From Chiloscyllium plagiosum (lineage: Eukaryota): a stretch of DNA of 29,814 bases. The stretch spans positions 21,270,922 through 21,300,735 of the forward strand of contig NC_057720.1 in NCBI RefSeq assembly GCF_004010195.1, written 5' to 3'. Within the stretch, counting starts at the first letter, position 1; each line of letters begins with the position of its first letter. This document shows, piece after piece, positions 11,106 to 22,659 of the stretch. The position numbers and the translations under genes are program-made. Under the pieces are notes generated by a model. That model was not told the origin of the DNA. It did no database searches and was given only the letters and a program-made list of their open reading frames with translations.

Positions 11106-11205
11106 ATCTGTGATCGGATAGGAACAGTGTTCGGATTGATAAGCACTTTGAGGCTAAGTGTCAAAACATGAGCCATTTATGGTTTTCACCAGAGTTAATG
11201 TTTTG

Positions 11206-11522
11206 TGGTGGTATGGTGGCTCAGTGGTTAGCATTGCTGCCTTACAGCACCAGGGACCTGGGTTTGATTCCTGCCTTGGGTGGCTGCCTGTGTGGCGTTT
11301 GCACATTCTCCCCGTGTCTGTGTGGGTTTCCTCTGGGTGCTCTGGTTTCCTCCCACAATCCAAAGATAAGCAAGTCAGGTGAATTGACTATGCTAAATTG
11401 TCCATTGTGCTAACTGCATTAGTCAGGGATACATAAAGGGAATGGGTCTGGAAGGGTTACTGTTCGGAGGTTCAGTGTGGACTTATTGGGCCGAAAGGCC
11501 TGTTCCCATACTGTAGGGAATA
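11206..11522 (+). mobile_element. HE1-type V-SINE, full length, with 10-bp TSD
   Basis: A and B boxes, V-domain, tail GGCCTGTTCCCATACTGTAGGGAAT; TAATGTTTTG at 11196-11205 and 11523-11532. Confidence 0.92.
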
Positions 11523-11659
11523 TAATGTTTTGAGTCAGACCTGCTGAGTTTCTCAAACAATTTCTGTTTTCCTTTGTTACAGATTGCCAGATCTGCTGAG
11601 TTTCTCCACCATTTTTCTTGAAAACTGACGATCTGTTCTTATTACTTTTTATTATTTCT

Positions 11660-12872
11660 AACTTTGAAGAGGTAACAAGTAGGTTAGATCAGGGAAACCC
11701 AGTGGATGTTATCTATCTCGACTTCCAAAAAGCCTTTGATAAGGTGCCTCACGGGAGGCTGCTGAGCAAGGTGAGGGCCCATGGTGTTCGAGGTGAGCTA
11801 CTGGCATGGATTGAGGATTGGCTGTCTGACAGAAGGCAGAGAGTTGGGATAAAAGGTTCTTTTTTGGAATGACAGCTGGTGACAAGTGGTATCCTGCAGG
11901 GTTTAGTGTTGGTGCCGCAGCTGTTCACTTTATATATAAATGATCTGGATGAAGAGACTGGGGGCATTTTGGTGAAGTTCACCAATGATACAAAGTTAGG
12001 CGGCCAGACAGGTGGTTCTGAGGAGGTGGGGAGGCTGCAGAAAGATTTAGACAGTTTGGGAGAATGGTCCAAAAAATGGCTGATGAAATTCAACATGAGC
12101 AAATGTGAGGTCTTTCACTTTGGAAAAAAGAATACAGGCATGGACTATTTTATAAACGGTGAGGAAATTCATAAAGCCAAAGTACAAAGGGATCTGGGAG
12201 TTCTAGTCCAGGATTCTCTAAAGGTTGACTTGCAGGTTGAGACTGTGGTTAAGAAAGCAAGTGTAATGTTGTCATTTATCACAAGAGGATTGCAATGTAA
12301 AAGCAGCGATGTGCTCCTGAGACTTTATAAAGCTCTGGTTAGGCCCCATTTAGAATACTGTGTCTAGTTTTGGGCCCCACACCTCAGGAAGGACATACTG
12401 GCACTGGAGCATGTCCAGCGGAGATTCACACAGATGATCCCTGGAATGGTAGGCCTAACATACGATGAACAGCTGAGGATCCTGGGATTGTATTCATTAG
12501 AGTTTAGAAGGCTAAGGGGAGATCTAATAGAAACTTATAAGATAACGCATGGTTTAGAAAGGGTGGATGCTGGGAATTTGTTTCTGTCAGGCGGGGATAC
12601 TAGGACTCATGGGCACAACCTTAGAATTTAGAACGGGGATCAATTTAGAACGGAAATAAGGAGACATTTCTTCAGCCAGAGAGTGGTGGGCCCATGGAAT
12701 TCAAAATGCCTTCAAGACAGAGATTGATAAATTCTTAATCTCGCAAAGAATTAAGGGATATGGGGAGAGTGCGGGTAAGTGGCATTGAAATGTCCATCAG
12801 CCATGATTGAATGGCGGAGTGAACTTGATGGGCTGAATGGCCTTACTTCCACTCCTATTTCTTATGGTCTTA
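11660..12872 (+). mobile_element. CR1 LINE, 5'-truncated: RT domain to 3' tail (pseudogenised)
   Basis: VDVIYLDFQKAFDKVPHGRLL, SGILQGLVLVPQLFTLYINDL, KFTNDTK (FADD remnant), LYKALVRPHLEYCV and RRLRGDLIETYKI, with in-frame stops; tail TTCTTATGGTCTTA. Confidence 0.95.
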
Positions 12873-14350
12873 ATTATGGAATTGTGAGGCTGACTCTGCT
12901 CACTGAGGCTATGGTTGAACAAACAAAGCACTTATGGTTTTCACCAGAGCAGATATAGTTACAAACTTACCAATTATGGCAGTATTACTGCAGATGCATA
13001 TTTTTCAAAAACTCACATTGCTAATCCCTCACAACATCTGGTCAGTAGAAATTATAATTCGGTATTTAAATTATGTATCACTTTACCAAAACCAGAAATG
13101 ACTAGCTTTTAAATATCATATAACAAGTAAGAGTAAACTTTCAACATTGAAAATGTTATTTAAAATGTGCCCCTTTTCCCTACATTTACTGACCTCCTTT
13201 CCTGTTGAAATAAACATCTTTAGTGTTTCCTGTGCAGAAACTCTTTCCAATCTTCCAGTTCACTTTTGAGTAGCAGACTTGATAAAGTTACCAAGTCCGT
13301 TGTTATGATCAGATAGAAATAGTGTTTGGATTGTTAAGCACTATTCATTAAAGTTCAGTTACCTCCCAGACTGGGGACAAGATTGACTGATTCGGATGGA
13401 GTTAGACTCACAATAGCTGCAGAAAGTATGGTTCATTTTAAATCACTGCCCTGACAATACACTGAAAACAATCTTATTTACATGTCGGGATATTGAATTG
13501 ACATTTGTATCACTGAATTTACACAGCTGTACTCTTTTCACATTTACACAGCTATTCATAAGGAGCAAAGCAAGTCAAGCCAAGGTGTCTTAAGTGTCTT
13601 TCAATTCCCCTCTGTTCACTAGAGTTTTTTCACATTAATTCCGTGTATGCTGCAATCATGAGGGTGCAAGGATAATCGAAACTGGGGGCAGGTGCAGTAT
13701 CTCATTGTTGCTGTGCTGTGCTGGTAGAAAGAGACTGTGTATTTGCAAGCTCCAGCTAAAAGTTATGAGTTCACTCTGGGTCACCCAATGGAGAAAAATG
13801 CTCAAAGGAGGCATCTTGTGGGCATGGAGCTGGTGAGGTTTTGTCCAGAAGTTTCTCATTGTGAAGATGCTGCTTTGTGCTAACTGATTGCTATCTGATC
13901 TTCCCCCTACATATGCAAATACAAAAGTACACGTAGACATGTTTCCTACTGTCACCATGTTTTTGAGTCAAAATTCAGTAATTGTTAATTTGCTAATTCT
14001 CATAGTCCAAAGAAACATGTCTGACTGTGATTTGATCACAAATTACAGTATGGATTATCACAGGAATCAAGCAATGCCAAATTACCATGCTGTCTCTTGC
14101 AGACCATGTGGCAAAGTGAAACTGCTATAAAACAGTCCGTAAATAAAATTTTAAACAAAGCAAAATACTGCTGATGCTGGAAATCAGAAACAAGCACAGC
14201 GATTGTCGGAGAAATGCAGCACATCTGTCTAAATTAAAACTCTTGGCCCAGATATTCCAGTGGCTGGATAGTTATTGCAGCACTGTAACCTGGAGTTGTG
14301 TGTCAGGACCATGTGGAGGTCCCAACGCAGCTGAGTCAGAGGGAATTTGA

Positions 14351-14668
14351 GGGAGGTGATGGCCTAATGGTATTATTGCTGGGCGATTAATCCAGAGTCC
14401 CATTTAATGTAGTGGGAACTTTGGATTAATGTTCAAATCCTGTCGTGGCAAATGGTGGAACTTGAATCCATTAAAAGTCTAATGAGGACCACAAATCCAT
14501 TGCTGATTGTTGGGGGAAGAACCCACCTGGTTCACTAATGCCTTTTAGGGAAGGAAACTGCCTACACGTGACTCCAGACCCATTGCAATGTGCTTGACTC
14601 TTAACTACCTCTGGGCAATTAGGAATGGACAATAAATGCTACTGATGTCCTCACCCTGTGAAAAAATA
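14351..14668 (+). mobile_element. tRNA-derived SINE, second family
   Basis: A-box TGGCCTAATGG, B-box GTTCAAATCC, central CTGGTTCACTAATGCCTTTTAGGGAAGGAAACTGCC and tail GGGCAATTAGGAATGGACAATAAATGC. Confidence 0.8.
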
Positions 14669-14678
14669 ACAAGAAATT

Positions 14679-14991
14679 AGATTAGATTCCCTACCCTTTG
14701 GCCCAACAAATCTACGTCAACCCTCCAAAGAGTAACCCACCCAGATCCATTCCCCTACCCTATATTTACCCCTGACTAATGCACCCAACACTATGGGCAA
14801 TTTAGCACGGCCAATTCACCTGCCCTGCACATCTTTTGGATTGTGAGAGGAAAGCGGAGCACCCGGAGGAAACCCACACAGACACGGGGAAACTGTGCAA
14901 ACTCCACACAGGCAGTCATATGAGGTGGGAATCAAACTCAGGTTCCTGGCACTGTGAGGCAGCAGTGTTAACCACTGAGCCACCATATCAG
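14679..14991 (-). mobile_element. HE1-type V-SINE with 10-bp TSD
   Basis: V-domain and tRNA head on the minus strand; TAGAT tail repeats; ACAAGAAATT at 14669-14678 and 14992-15001. Confidence 0.92.
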
Positions 14992-15369
14992 ACAAGAAAT
15001 TGCTTAGGAAATTGAAAATTCCAATGGGTAATTACCCTGTGACTAGAATCCTCCAAATAAATCTGTAAAGCTCGTCCCCTGATGTGAATAGTAGGAATTC
15101 CTATAAATGAGATAAATTGAATGGTGTCTCACTGGATAATATTAACTAAAAGATCAAGTTGATCAACATTTTTTTCTCCTGTTGCTACTTTAATTTTCAC
15201 AGTCATTGTAATGTGGTGGGACCAATGTGGTAATACTTTGAACACACACGCACACACTTGCTCATGCTATCTAATGACATGTATATCCTCAAAATATTCC
15301 ATTGGCAGCTCACAACCTTTTAAACTGATTATTTAAAAATTAATACCAAGAAAAAGGCAATGTACATTC

Positions 15370-15640
15370 TTTTTATATGCAACTGGAACATGGGTGTTGC
15401 TGGATGAACCAGAATTTATTGCTTGTTCCTAGTTGCCCCTTGAGAAGATGGAGGCGAGCTGCCTTCATGAACCATTGCAGCCCCTTTGATGTGGGTTGAC
15501 TCACAATGCCCTTAGGGAGGGAACTCCAGGGTTTTGACCCAATGACAGTGAAAGAATGGCAATATATTTCCAAGTCAGGATGATAAGTGGTATGGAGGGA
15601 AACTTGTAGGTGTTGGTAGATGCCCCGCTAGGAACCTCAA
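15370..15640 (-). mobile_element. 3' end of the second CR1/L2-group LINE
   Basis: Reverse complement of the tail seen at 3140-3265 (TTGCCCCTTGAGAAGATGG...GAGCTGCCTTCATGAACCATTGCAG). Confidence 0.75.
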
Positions 15641-15685
15641 TGAAGGAAAATGAGTAAAACCTGGAAATGACTGTCCTGCAGGGAT

Positions 15686-15762
15686 GGGGGGGGGGGGGGG
15701 GAGGTAGGGCAGCAGAGGGAGGCAGAGGGAGGTCGGGGTGCTGGGCTGGGATGGAGTTGGGT
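15686..15762 (+). repeat. Poly-G run and G-rich low-complexity tract
   Basis: Run of about 16 G followed by several GGG runs. Confidence 0.7.
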
Positions 15763-16464
15763 TCACCAGCTTCAAATAAGCACAGTGATTGTTGAAGAAA
15801 CACAGCACGTCTGTCTTAAATAAAGCTTTTGTGGGGCCTGGCCTGTTCTGCTTGGCCTGGGGTTTGGGAGGGGAGCCAGGAGCAGCACTGGGGCCCATGA
15901 TGTCTGTCCCTGCCCCTCCAGGTCTTTGGAACTCCAGCTCACACAAGCATCCTCATCTCCAACCCTGACTTCTCCTTCTGGAGGTAAGTTGATGACCTGA
16001 AATGTGAACTTTGTTTTGTTCCCTCTATTATCGTTGCTTGATGTACGATGTATTTTTAGCATTTTATGTTTTTAATTCCTGTTTCCAGCATCCACAGTAT
16101 TTTTGCTTTTGTAAGGCAGTGTTGGGAGCCGTAAATCAGGAATTTCCTGGCTCTGTGATGAGATGGCTGATTCCAGACTGGTCTGCAGTAAGTGTGTCTT
16201 TTTGAAACATACACACAAACATAGTGGGAATCAGAATTTTCCTCAAGGGAGAGGAATGTCACCACCCTGTAACTGCTTCTGGAAACATGAGCAAGTGTCT
16301 GAGGCCAGATTCCAGCTGCAATACTTTGCCACTGTCAGATCTCAGGCTGGTACTCATTTCGTGGTGGCATTTACCATGATTTTCAAAGATATGCACCAGA
16401 AAGGCTAAAGTATAAATCTATCTCTCCTACGATCTAAGATATTTAACAATGATATTTTCTTGAT

Positions 16465-18142
16465 TAGAAATAAGAATGTAAGAAGATCAGAACTAGGAGC
16501 AGGAGTAGGCCATCTGGCCCTTTGAGTCTGCTCTGCCATTCAATAAGATCATGGCTGGCCTTTTTGAAGACTCAGCTCCATTTACCTCCACCCCCCCCCC
16601 TCACCATATCCCTTACTTCCTTTTTTGTTCAAAATAAAATCTATCTTAGCTTTAAAACCGTTTACGGAATCAACGTTAACTACTGCACTGGGCAAGGAAT
16701 TCCATAGATTCACAACCCTCTGGGTGAAGAAGTTCCTTCTCAATTCCGTCCTAAATCTGCTAAGCCTAACTTTCCGGCTATGCTGTCATGTCTCAGTTTC
16801 ACCCGCCAGTGGAAATATCTTCTCTACATCTATCTAATCGATTCCCTTCATAATTTTATATGTTTCTCTAAGATACCTCCTCATTCTTCTAAATTCTAAT
16901 GAATATAATCCCAGTCTACTCAGTCTTTCCTTATAAGCCAATCCCCCTCAACTCTGGAATCAACTTTGTGAACCTCCTCTGCACCTCCTCCAGTGCCAGT
17001 ACATCCTTTCTGAAGTAAGGAGACCAAAACTGCATACAGTATTCCAGGTGTGGCCTCACCAGCACCCTATACAGCTGCAACATAACCTGCCTGCTTTTGA
17101 ACTCAATCCCTTTAGCAATGAAGAACAAAATTCCATTTGCCTTCCTAATTACCTGTTGTACCTGCAGAACAAACTTCAGTGATTCATACACAAGGATACC
17201 CAGGTCCCTCTGCATAGCAGCATGCTGCAACTTTTACCATTCAAGTAATAATCATTTTTACTGTTGCTCCTACCAAAATGGATGACTTCACATTTATTAA
17301 TGTTATATTCCATCTGCCAGAACTTTGTCAACTCACTTAAAGCATCTATGTTCCTTGACAAAGTTTCACAGTCCTCTGCACACTTTGCTCTGCCACTCAT
17401 CTTAGTGTCATCTGCAAACTTTGACATACTACATGTGGTCCCCAAATCCAAATAATCTATATAAAATGTGAATAATTGTGGTCCCAACACTGATCCCTGA
17501 GGCATACTACTAGTTACTGATTGCCAATCAGAATAGCACTCATTTATCCCCACTCTTTGTTTCCTGTTAGTCAACCAATCCTCTATTCATGCTAATACTT
17601 TATTTGTAATACCTTGCATCCTATGCAGCAACCTTTTGTGTGGCATCTTGTCGAAGGTTTTTTGGATATCTAGGTACACCACAGCTACTGGGTCCCCATA
17701 GTCCACCTTGCTCATAATGTCTTCATAGAATTCCAAAAGATTAGTTAAGCATGACCTGCCCTTCACGAATCCATGCTGCGTCTGCCCAACGGGACAATTT
17801 CTATCTCAATGCCCTACTATTTCTTCCTTGATAATAGACTCAAGCATTTTTCCCACTACAGAAGTTAAGCTAACCGGTCTAAAATTCCCCATCTTTTGTC
17901 TACCTCCCTTTTTAAACAGTGCATCACATTTGTTGTTTTCCAGTCTGCTGTAACTGTCCCAAAGTCCAGTGAATTTGGGAAAATACCACAAGTGCACTTG
18001 CTATTTCTCTCTCTATCTCTTTTATTACCCTGGGATGCATTCCATCAGGAAAAGGAGACTTGTCAACCCTTAGCTCCATTAGCTTACCCAGCACTATCTC
18101 TTCTATAATAATGATTGTTTCCAGGTCCTCACCTACCTTCAT
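16465..18142 (-). mobile_element. CR1 LINE, 5'-truncated: most of the RT plus 3' tail (frameshifted)
   Basis: Minus-strand ORF pieces VDKSPFPDGMHPRVIKE, NFRPVSLTSVVGKMLESII, SSMPQGSVLGPQLF, SKFADDTK and LYRVLVRPHLEYCMQFWSP; tail reverse complement TAAGAATGTAAGAA. Confidence 0.95.
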
Positions 18143-18499
18143 CCCTTTGTATCTTTGTGCAATGGCTTCCAGCAGTGTATTTTAGCTGATGCAGCAACAC
18201 TTATGCTGTCTTCATAACATTCAAAACTGAATATGGATATTGTGGTATTGAAGAATCCAGCAAATATTTTTTGTAACTAATCATTATGTGCACACATTGG
18301 ACTCCTCAGGCACGTAGGTGTCTGACCTAATTTTAAACTATTACATTACAACAGATCAGGACGCTTCTCGGAGACTGCTATACTTCAAGTGATCTGACAT
18401 AAGATGGAATATGAGATCTTTATATTATAATAGTGATGATTTCAGGAACATGTCTCTTAAAGCTAAATTGACATATTGATCATAAGATATAACACAGCA

Positions 18500-19080
18500 A
18501 GGAATGCCTGAGAGCCTGAGTACTCTCTGTCTCACAAGTGTACCCATCCAGACAAGTGGAGAGTATTCCATCGGACTCCTGACTTGTGCCTTGTAGTTGG
18601 TAGACAGGCTTTCGGGAGACAGGGGGTGACTTACTCACCACTGTTTTCGGAACCTCTGACCTGCTCCTGCAGCCACTGCATTTATGTGGTAAATACAGTT
18701 GAATTTCTGGTCAATCATAACCCCCAGGAGATTGATAGTGAGGGAATTCAGTGATGGTAACACAATTGAATGTGGTGATGGTTAGATTGTCTCTTGTTGG
18801 TGAAGTCATTACCTGGTATTTGTGTGGCACAAACATTACTTTCCACTTGTCCAGATCTTGTTGTGTTTGAAAATGGAATGCTTCAGTATCCGAGGAAGTC
18901 ACAAACGGTGCCGAACATTGTATATCGCCAAACATCTCCACTTCTATCCTTATGGTGGAGGGAAAGTCATTGGTGAAGCAGCTGAAGATAGTTGGGCCGA
19001 GGACACTACTCGGTGGAACTCCTGCAGAGATGTCCTGGAGCTGAGATGACTGATCTGCAACAGCCATGACCATCTTCCTA
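18500..19080 (-). mobile_element. RT fragment of the second CR1/L2-group LINE
   Basis: ORF 18711-19196 contains DISAGVPPSSVLGPTIFSCFTNDFPSTIRIEVEMFGD, a degenerate GVPQGSVLGP...FADD. Confidence 0.8.
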
Positions 19081-19083
19081 TAC

Positions 19084-19142
19084 GTTTGGTGTGGACTTGA
19101 GCCAAATGGCCTGTTTACACACTGTAGGGATTCTATGATTCG
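19084..19142 (+). mobile_element. HE1 SINE 3' tail only
   Basis: GTGTGGACTT...GGCCTGTTTACACACTGTAGGGATTCTATGATT matches the tails at 11475-11520 and 20066-20125. Confidence 0.7.
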
Positions 19143-19725
19143 ATTTGTTATCTTTTTCATTGTCCTTTTTCTGCAGCTGCATCTCTTGGTACTCATTCGA
19201 TGTGATGATGGCAGCCAAATTGAGCTGTGGATTACTGAACTCTTTTAAAGTTTTCCCAAACCACAAGGGATATTAAGCTTTAATCACAGAAGTTCCGATG
19301 TCTTTTCCTGAATACTGACTCTGATTCAGCAGTACTCCTACAGGCCACACTTCAGTCTGCATTTGCTTTGGAGTTACTAATTCTCCTTTTCCAGGGAATT
19401 GCTAACTCTCCTGTTGCAGCACATCCCTTACCAGGTCTGAAATGTTGGCCACTCACTGAAGAATTCTACCCTGCTGAGAATTGCCATCAGGGTTTCTTCT
19501 GTTGGGTTGTGAAATCTTCAGCTCTTCTCAGCTACTGACTGTGTTGTGAGTTAAAGCTGAGTCTGAAAATCTCACACTGCTACTCACGAGCAATCAAAAT
19601 CAACTCCACACCTTGGCCTAAATGTTGTACAGAGATACCAGCTCCTGACACTGTGCTTTTCATGATGAAGATTGCTGTCACCATCCTCCTTAAGTGTAGG
19701 AAACTACACAGCCTGATTGATTTAG

Positions 19726-20062
19726 TGTGGTAGAGAAAAACAACTCCCTGTTCTAACTAGACGAGATTTATAACTAACAAGCGGTAGTTTATCGCATGTT
19801 AGCAAGTTGCAAGTTACAGTGATACAATTGTTACTTTGAAGAGGTCCAGATCTTACATTCCTTCCAGATCCTAGACTGTTCTTCCCACAAGAGTGTGGTA
19901 GAGAAAAACAACTCCCTGTTCTAACTAGAAGAGATTTATAACTAACAAGCGGTAGTTTATCGCATGTTAGCAAGTTGCAAGTTACAATGATACAATTGTT
20001 ACTTTGAAGAGGTCCAGATCTTACGTTACATTCCTTCCAGATCCTAGACTGTTCTTCCCTCA
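19726..20062. repeat. Tandem duplication of a 164-bp unit with TGTGG...CCACA ends (LTR-like)
   Basis: Units 19726-19889 and 19894-20062 are separated by AGAG and differ by three substitutions and one 5-bp insertion. Confidence 0.9.
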
Positions 20063-20065
20063 AGT

Positions 20066-20361
20066 CCATAATCATAGAATCCCCACAGTGTGGAAACAGG
20101 CCATTCTGCCCATATAGTCCACATTAACCCTCCAAAGAGCACCCCATCCAGACCCAATCCAGACCCTTAACCTATCCCTGTACACCTGCATTTCCCATGT
20201 CTAATCCACCTAGACTGCACATCTTTGGACTGCAGGAAGAAACCCGACCAGACACATGGAGAATATGCAAATTCCACACAGACAGTCACTGAGGTTGGAA
20301 TCGAATCTGCTCCCTGGCCCTGTGAGGCAGCGGTGCTGACCACTGAGCCATTGTGCTGCCC
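20066..20361 (-). mobile_element. HE1-type V-SINE
   Basis: Tail reverse complement ATCATAGAATCCCCACAGTGTGGAAACAGGCC; partly deleted V-domain; tRNA head at 20285-20361. Confidence 0.88.
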
Positions 20362-20561
20362 AGTTTATTGTACTCCTCAGTATTAATCATTTCAGATTCT
20401 TTCAGGCCTCTATATCATACATTCATTTCAACTCCAGAAACTTCAGCCCAAAACTCATGGTGTCGTGGGATTGGTGAGGAGCTGTCACCCATAATATTCT
20501 TATGGCACTCTTGCACCCCATGACACACAACACATACATCAGAAAAGACTTTGCACCATTT

Positions 20562-20690
20562 AGATCATTTAGGACTGAGACAAGGAAAAACTACTTCACT
20601 CAAAGTGTTGTGAACGTGTGGAATTCTTGACTCCAGAGGTTTGTGGGTACATCATTGTTGAAAACATACTAAGATTGGGTTAGACAGAAG
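20562..20690 (+). mobile_element. Short CR1 3' fragment
   Basis: FRTETRKNYFTQSVVNVWNS motif; compare 12645-12700. Confidence 0.65.
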
Positions 20691-21689
20691 CACAGCATAA
20701 TAGAAATAGGGTTAATGTTTTAAGTTTGTCACTTTTTTTTCTCGCTTCACACACGCTGCCAGACCTGTTGAGTCTTTTCCAGCATTTTCTTTTTTAATTA
20801 ATGTCCAATGACTTTGCAAACTGAGCCATCCGGAAACCCAGAAGACTCTAAAGGAAAGTTGGCAATCAGAAATTTGTGGGAGATGTCGAGTTAAATTAGA
20901 TATGAATTGTGGTTATACTGGAGATGGAAGCAAAGTCAGCTATGCATAGTTTAAGTAGAGACTGAACTGTAGGAGGGGCGCAGAGTACATTTTAATTTAG
21001 TTCAGCAAATTAATTTTAATTCTTTGCAAATTAACCCTATCCATTTGAGTGTCTCAAATTTGTGGGTGTTTAATTGGTCTTGCAGAACTAAATGCAGGAT
21101 GAGAAAATTAATTAAAACTCCACAGAAGGTTTACTTATCTTGCCTGAGTGCATACAATCTTGCCTGCATGTTTGTTGACATTTCACACCAATCTGAAACA
21201 CGAAACACTTTTAGGTTAGAACAATAGTGGATAAAACAAATAGTTAAAATCGGCAAACAGGAATAAGCAAAAAGTCTGTCAGCTTTGTTAGAGAAAACAC
21301 GGGTCAATGATTTGGGTGCAGACCTCTCTTTAGAACTCAGATGTGAGTTCTTGCAATCGATTTAAACCTTGAATGTTCAACTGTAAAATGGCCAATATCA
21401 GCTCAGACACCCATTATATACCAATCCTTTTCATTTATTTCAACAGCATAACTTGAGCAGAAAATCCAGGTGCATGACTGTTTCTCTCTTCTTCCTCTCT
21501 TTTAACATTTGACATGCTTTTCAAGATTGAAGGAACAGTATTCATTTTTAAAAGTTTAGTCACAAATTCATTATTCAGTTTCTATTCAAATCATCTCATA
21601 AGCAATAAAACCAAAATATTCAAAGCTGTGAACAGACAAGAGCTACAAAAGTGAGTAATCAATATAATCTGCCACTTCTGAAGTGTAGC

Positions 21690-21716
21690 TCTGTCTTTCT
21701 CTCTCTCTCTCTCTCG
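21690..21716 (+). repeat. (CT)n microsatellite
   Basis: TCTGTCTTTCTCTCTCTCTCTCTCTCG. Confidence 0.85.
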
Positions 21717-22207
21717 CTCCCACTCACACAGACATGCACACTCTTCTGAAATTTGTCGTTGAAGTTCTCTTCAAGCGACTTTGATAATGCTGGCATCTGA
21801 GTTTGGTTACTGAGGAAAAGTGAGAAGTTGTATTAGCAAAACATGCTCAGACTGCAGAATCAGTGTTCACCCATTGCAATAAAACCTCAAGCGCAAATAT
21901 CTCAAGTTCAAACCTCAACTTTCACCAAAGGGCAGCTATTCAGGTAAATGATTCTTTAATGAAGCTATTAAATGACATAGGAGAAAATTAATTAGTATGG
22001 TTACCTTGAGCTATTGTGAAACATGCATCTATTTAATGCTTTTGATTTCTTCACACTTAAGTTGGACATTAGAAATAACAGTCTCTGAGGGGACAAAAAT
22101 GGATCTCAACACATTTTCCAAAATGCTGATGTTGAGCAATTCAATCAGTTTCACTTTTCTCTGTTTCCTTGAATTATTTCCACTGTTATGTGCTCCAAAT
22201 TTGTCAT

Positions 22208-22451
22208 GATTTGGAGATGTTGGTGTTGGACTGGGGGGTACAAAGTTAAAAACCACACAATACCAGGTTATAGTCCAACAGGTTTAATTGGAAGCACTAG
22301 CTTTCGGAGCACCACTCCTTCATCAGTGTTCGTCATGTGTTGCACAACCATGGATGATGAACACTGATGAAGGAGCGGCGCTCAGAAAGCTAGTGCTTCC
22401 AATTAAACCTGTTGGACTATAACCTGGTGTTGTGTGGTTTTTAACTTTATT
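22208..22451. mobile_element. Fold-back mini-insertion of a second Penelope-like family with two inverted hammerhead motifs and a 12-bp TSD
   Basis: 95-bp inverted arms at 22242-22336 and 22354-22448; CAAATTTGTCAT at 22196-22207 and 22452-22463; each arm has CTGATGA-A-GGAGY-NNN-GCTC-N-GAAA-GCTA. Confidence 0.82.
22296..22329 (-). ncRNA. Minimal hammerhead ribozyme motif, core and stem II intact
   Basis: Reverse complement CUGAUGA-A-GGAGU-GGU-GCUCC-GAAA-GCUA-GUG; palindromic AGCU stem III; predicted CUA cleavage triplet; stem I imperfect. Confidence 0.7.
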
Positions 22452-22659
22452 CAAATTTGTCATTCTTCATTGGTTATCTTCATACATCTTTAGCAATACA
22501 ACTGATGATTTTCATTGCTTTCTGTTTATATGTTGCTTACCATTTCTAATACTCTTACTGGGTATGTGGCAGGCACTGAATATCTCTAACAGGAGAGAAT
22601 CTAATAATCTTCTCTTGGCAACAATTTAACAACATTACCATTGCAGAATCCCTCATTGT

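Noticed and set aside
13765..13838. Possible short first exon M(SSLWVTQWRKM)LKGGILWAWS with a TG|GTGAGG donor
   Set aside because: Too short and unrecognised to distinguish from chance without transcript data.
15686..15762. G-quadruplex-like tract as a regulatory element
   Set aside because: Low complexity only, with no CpG-island or promoter context.
15975..16025. Additional hammerhead motifs in the older Penelope-type fragments (also about 21295-21335)
   Set aside because: The CUGANGA core and stem II are too decayed to support a ribozyme call.
19726..20062. CRISPR array or coding repeat (ORF 19722-20075)
   Set aside because: Only two long units with no spacers, in a eukaryotic context; the ORF simply reflects a 168-bp period divisible by three.
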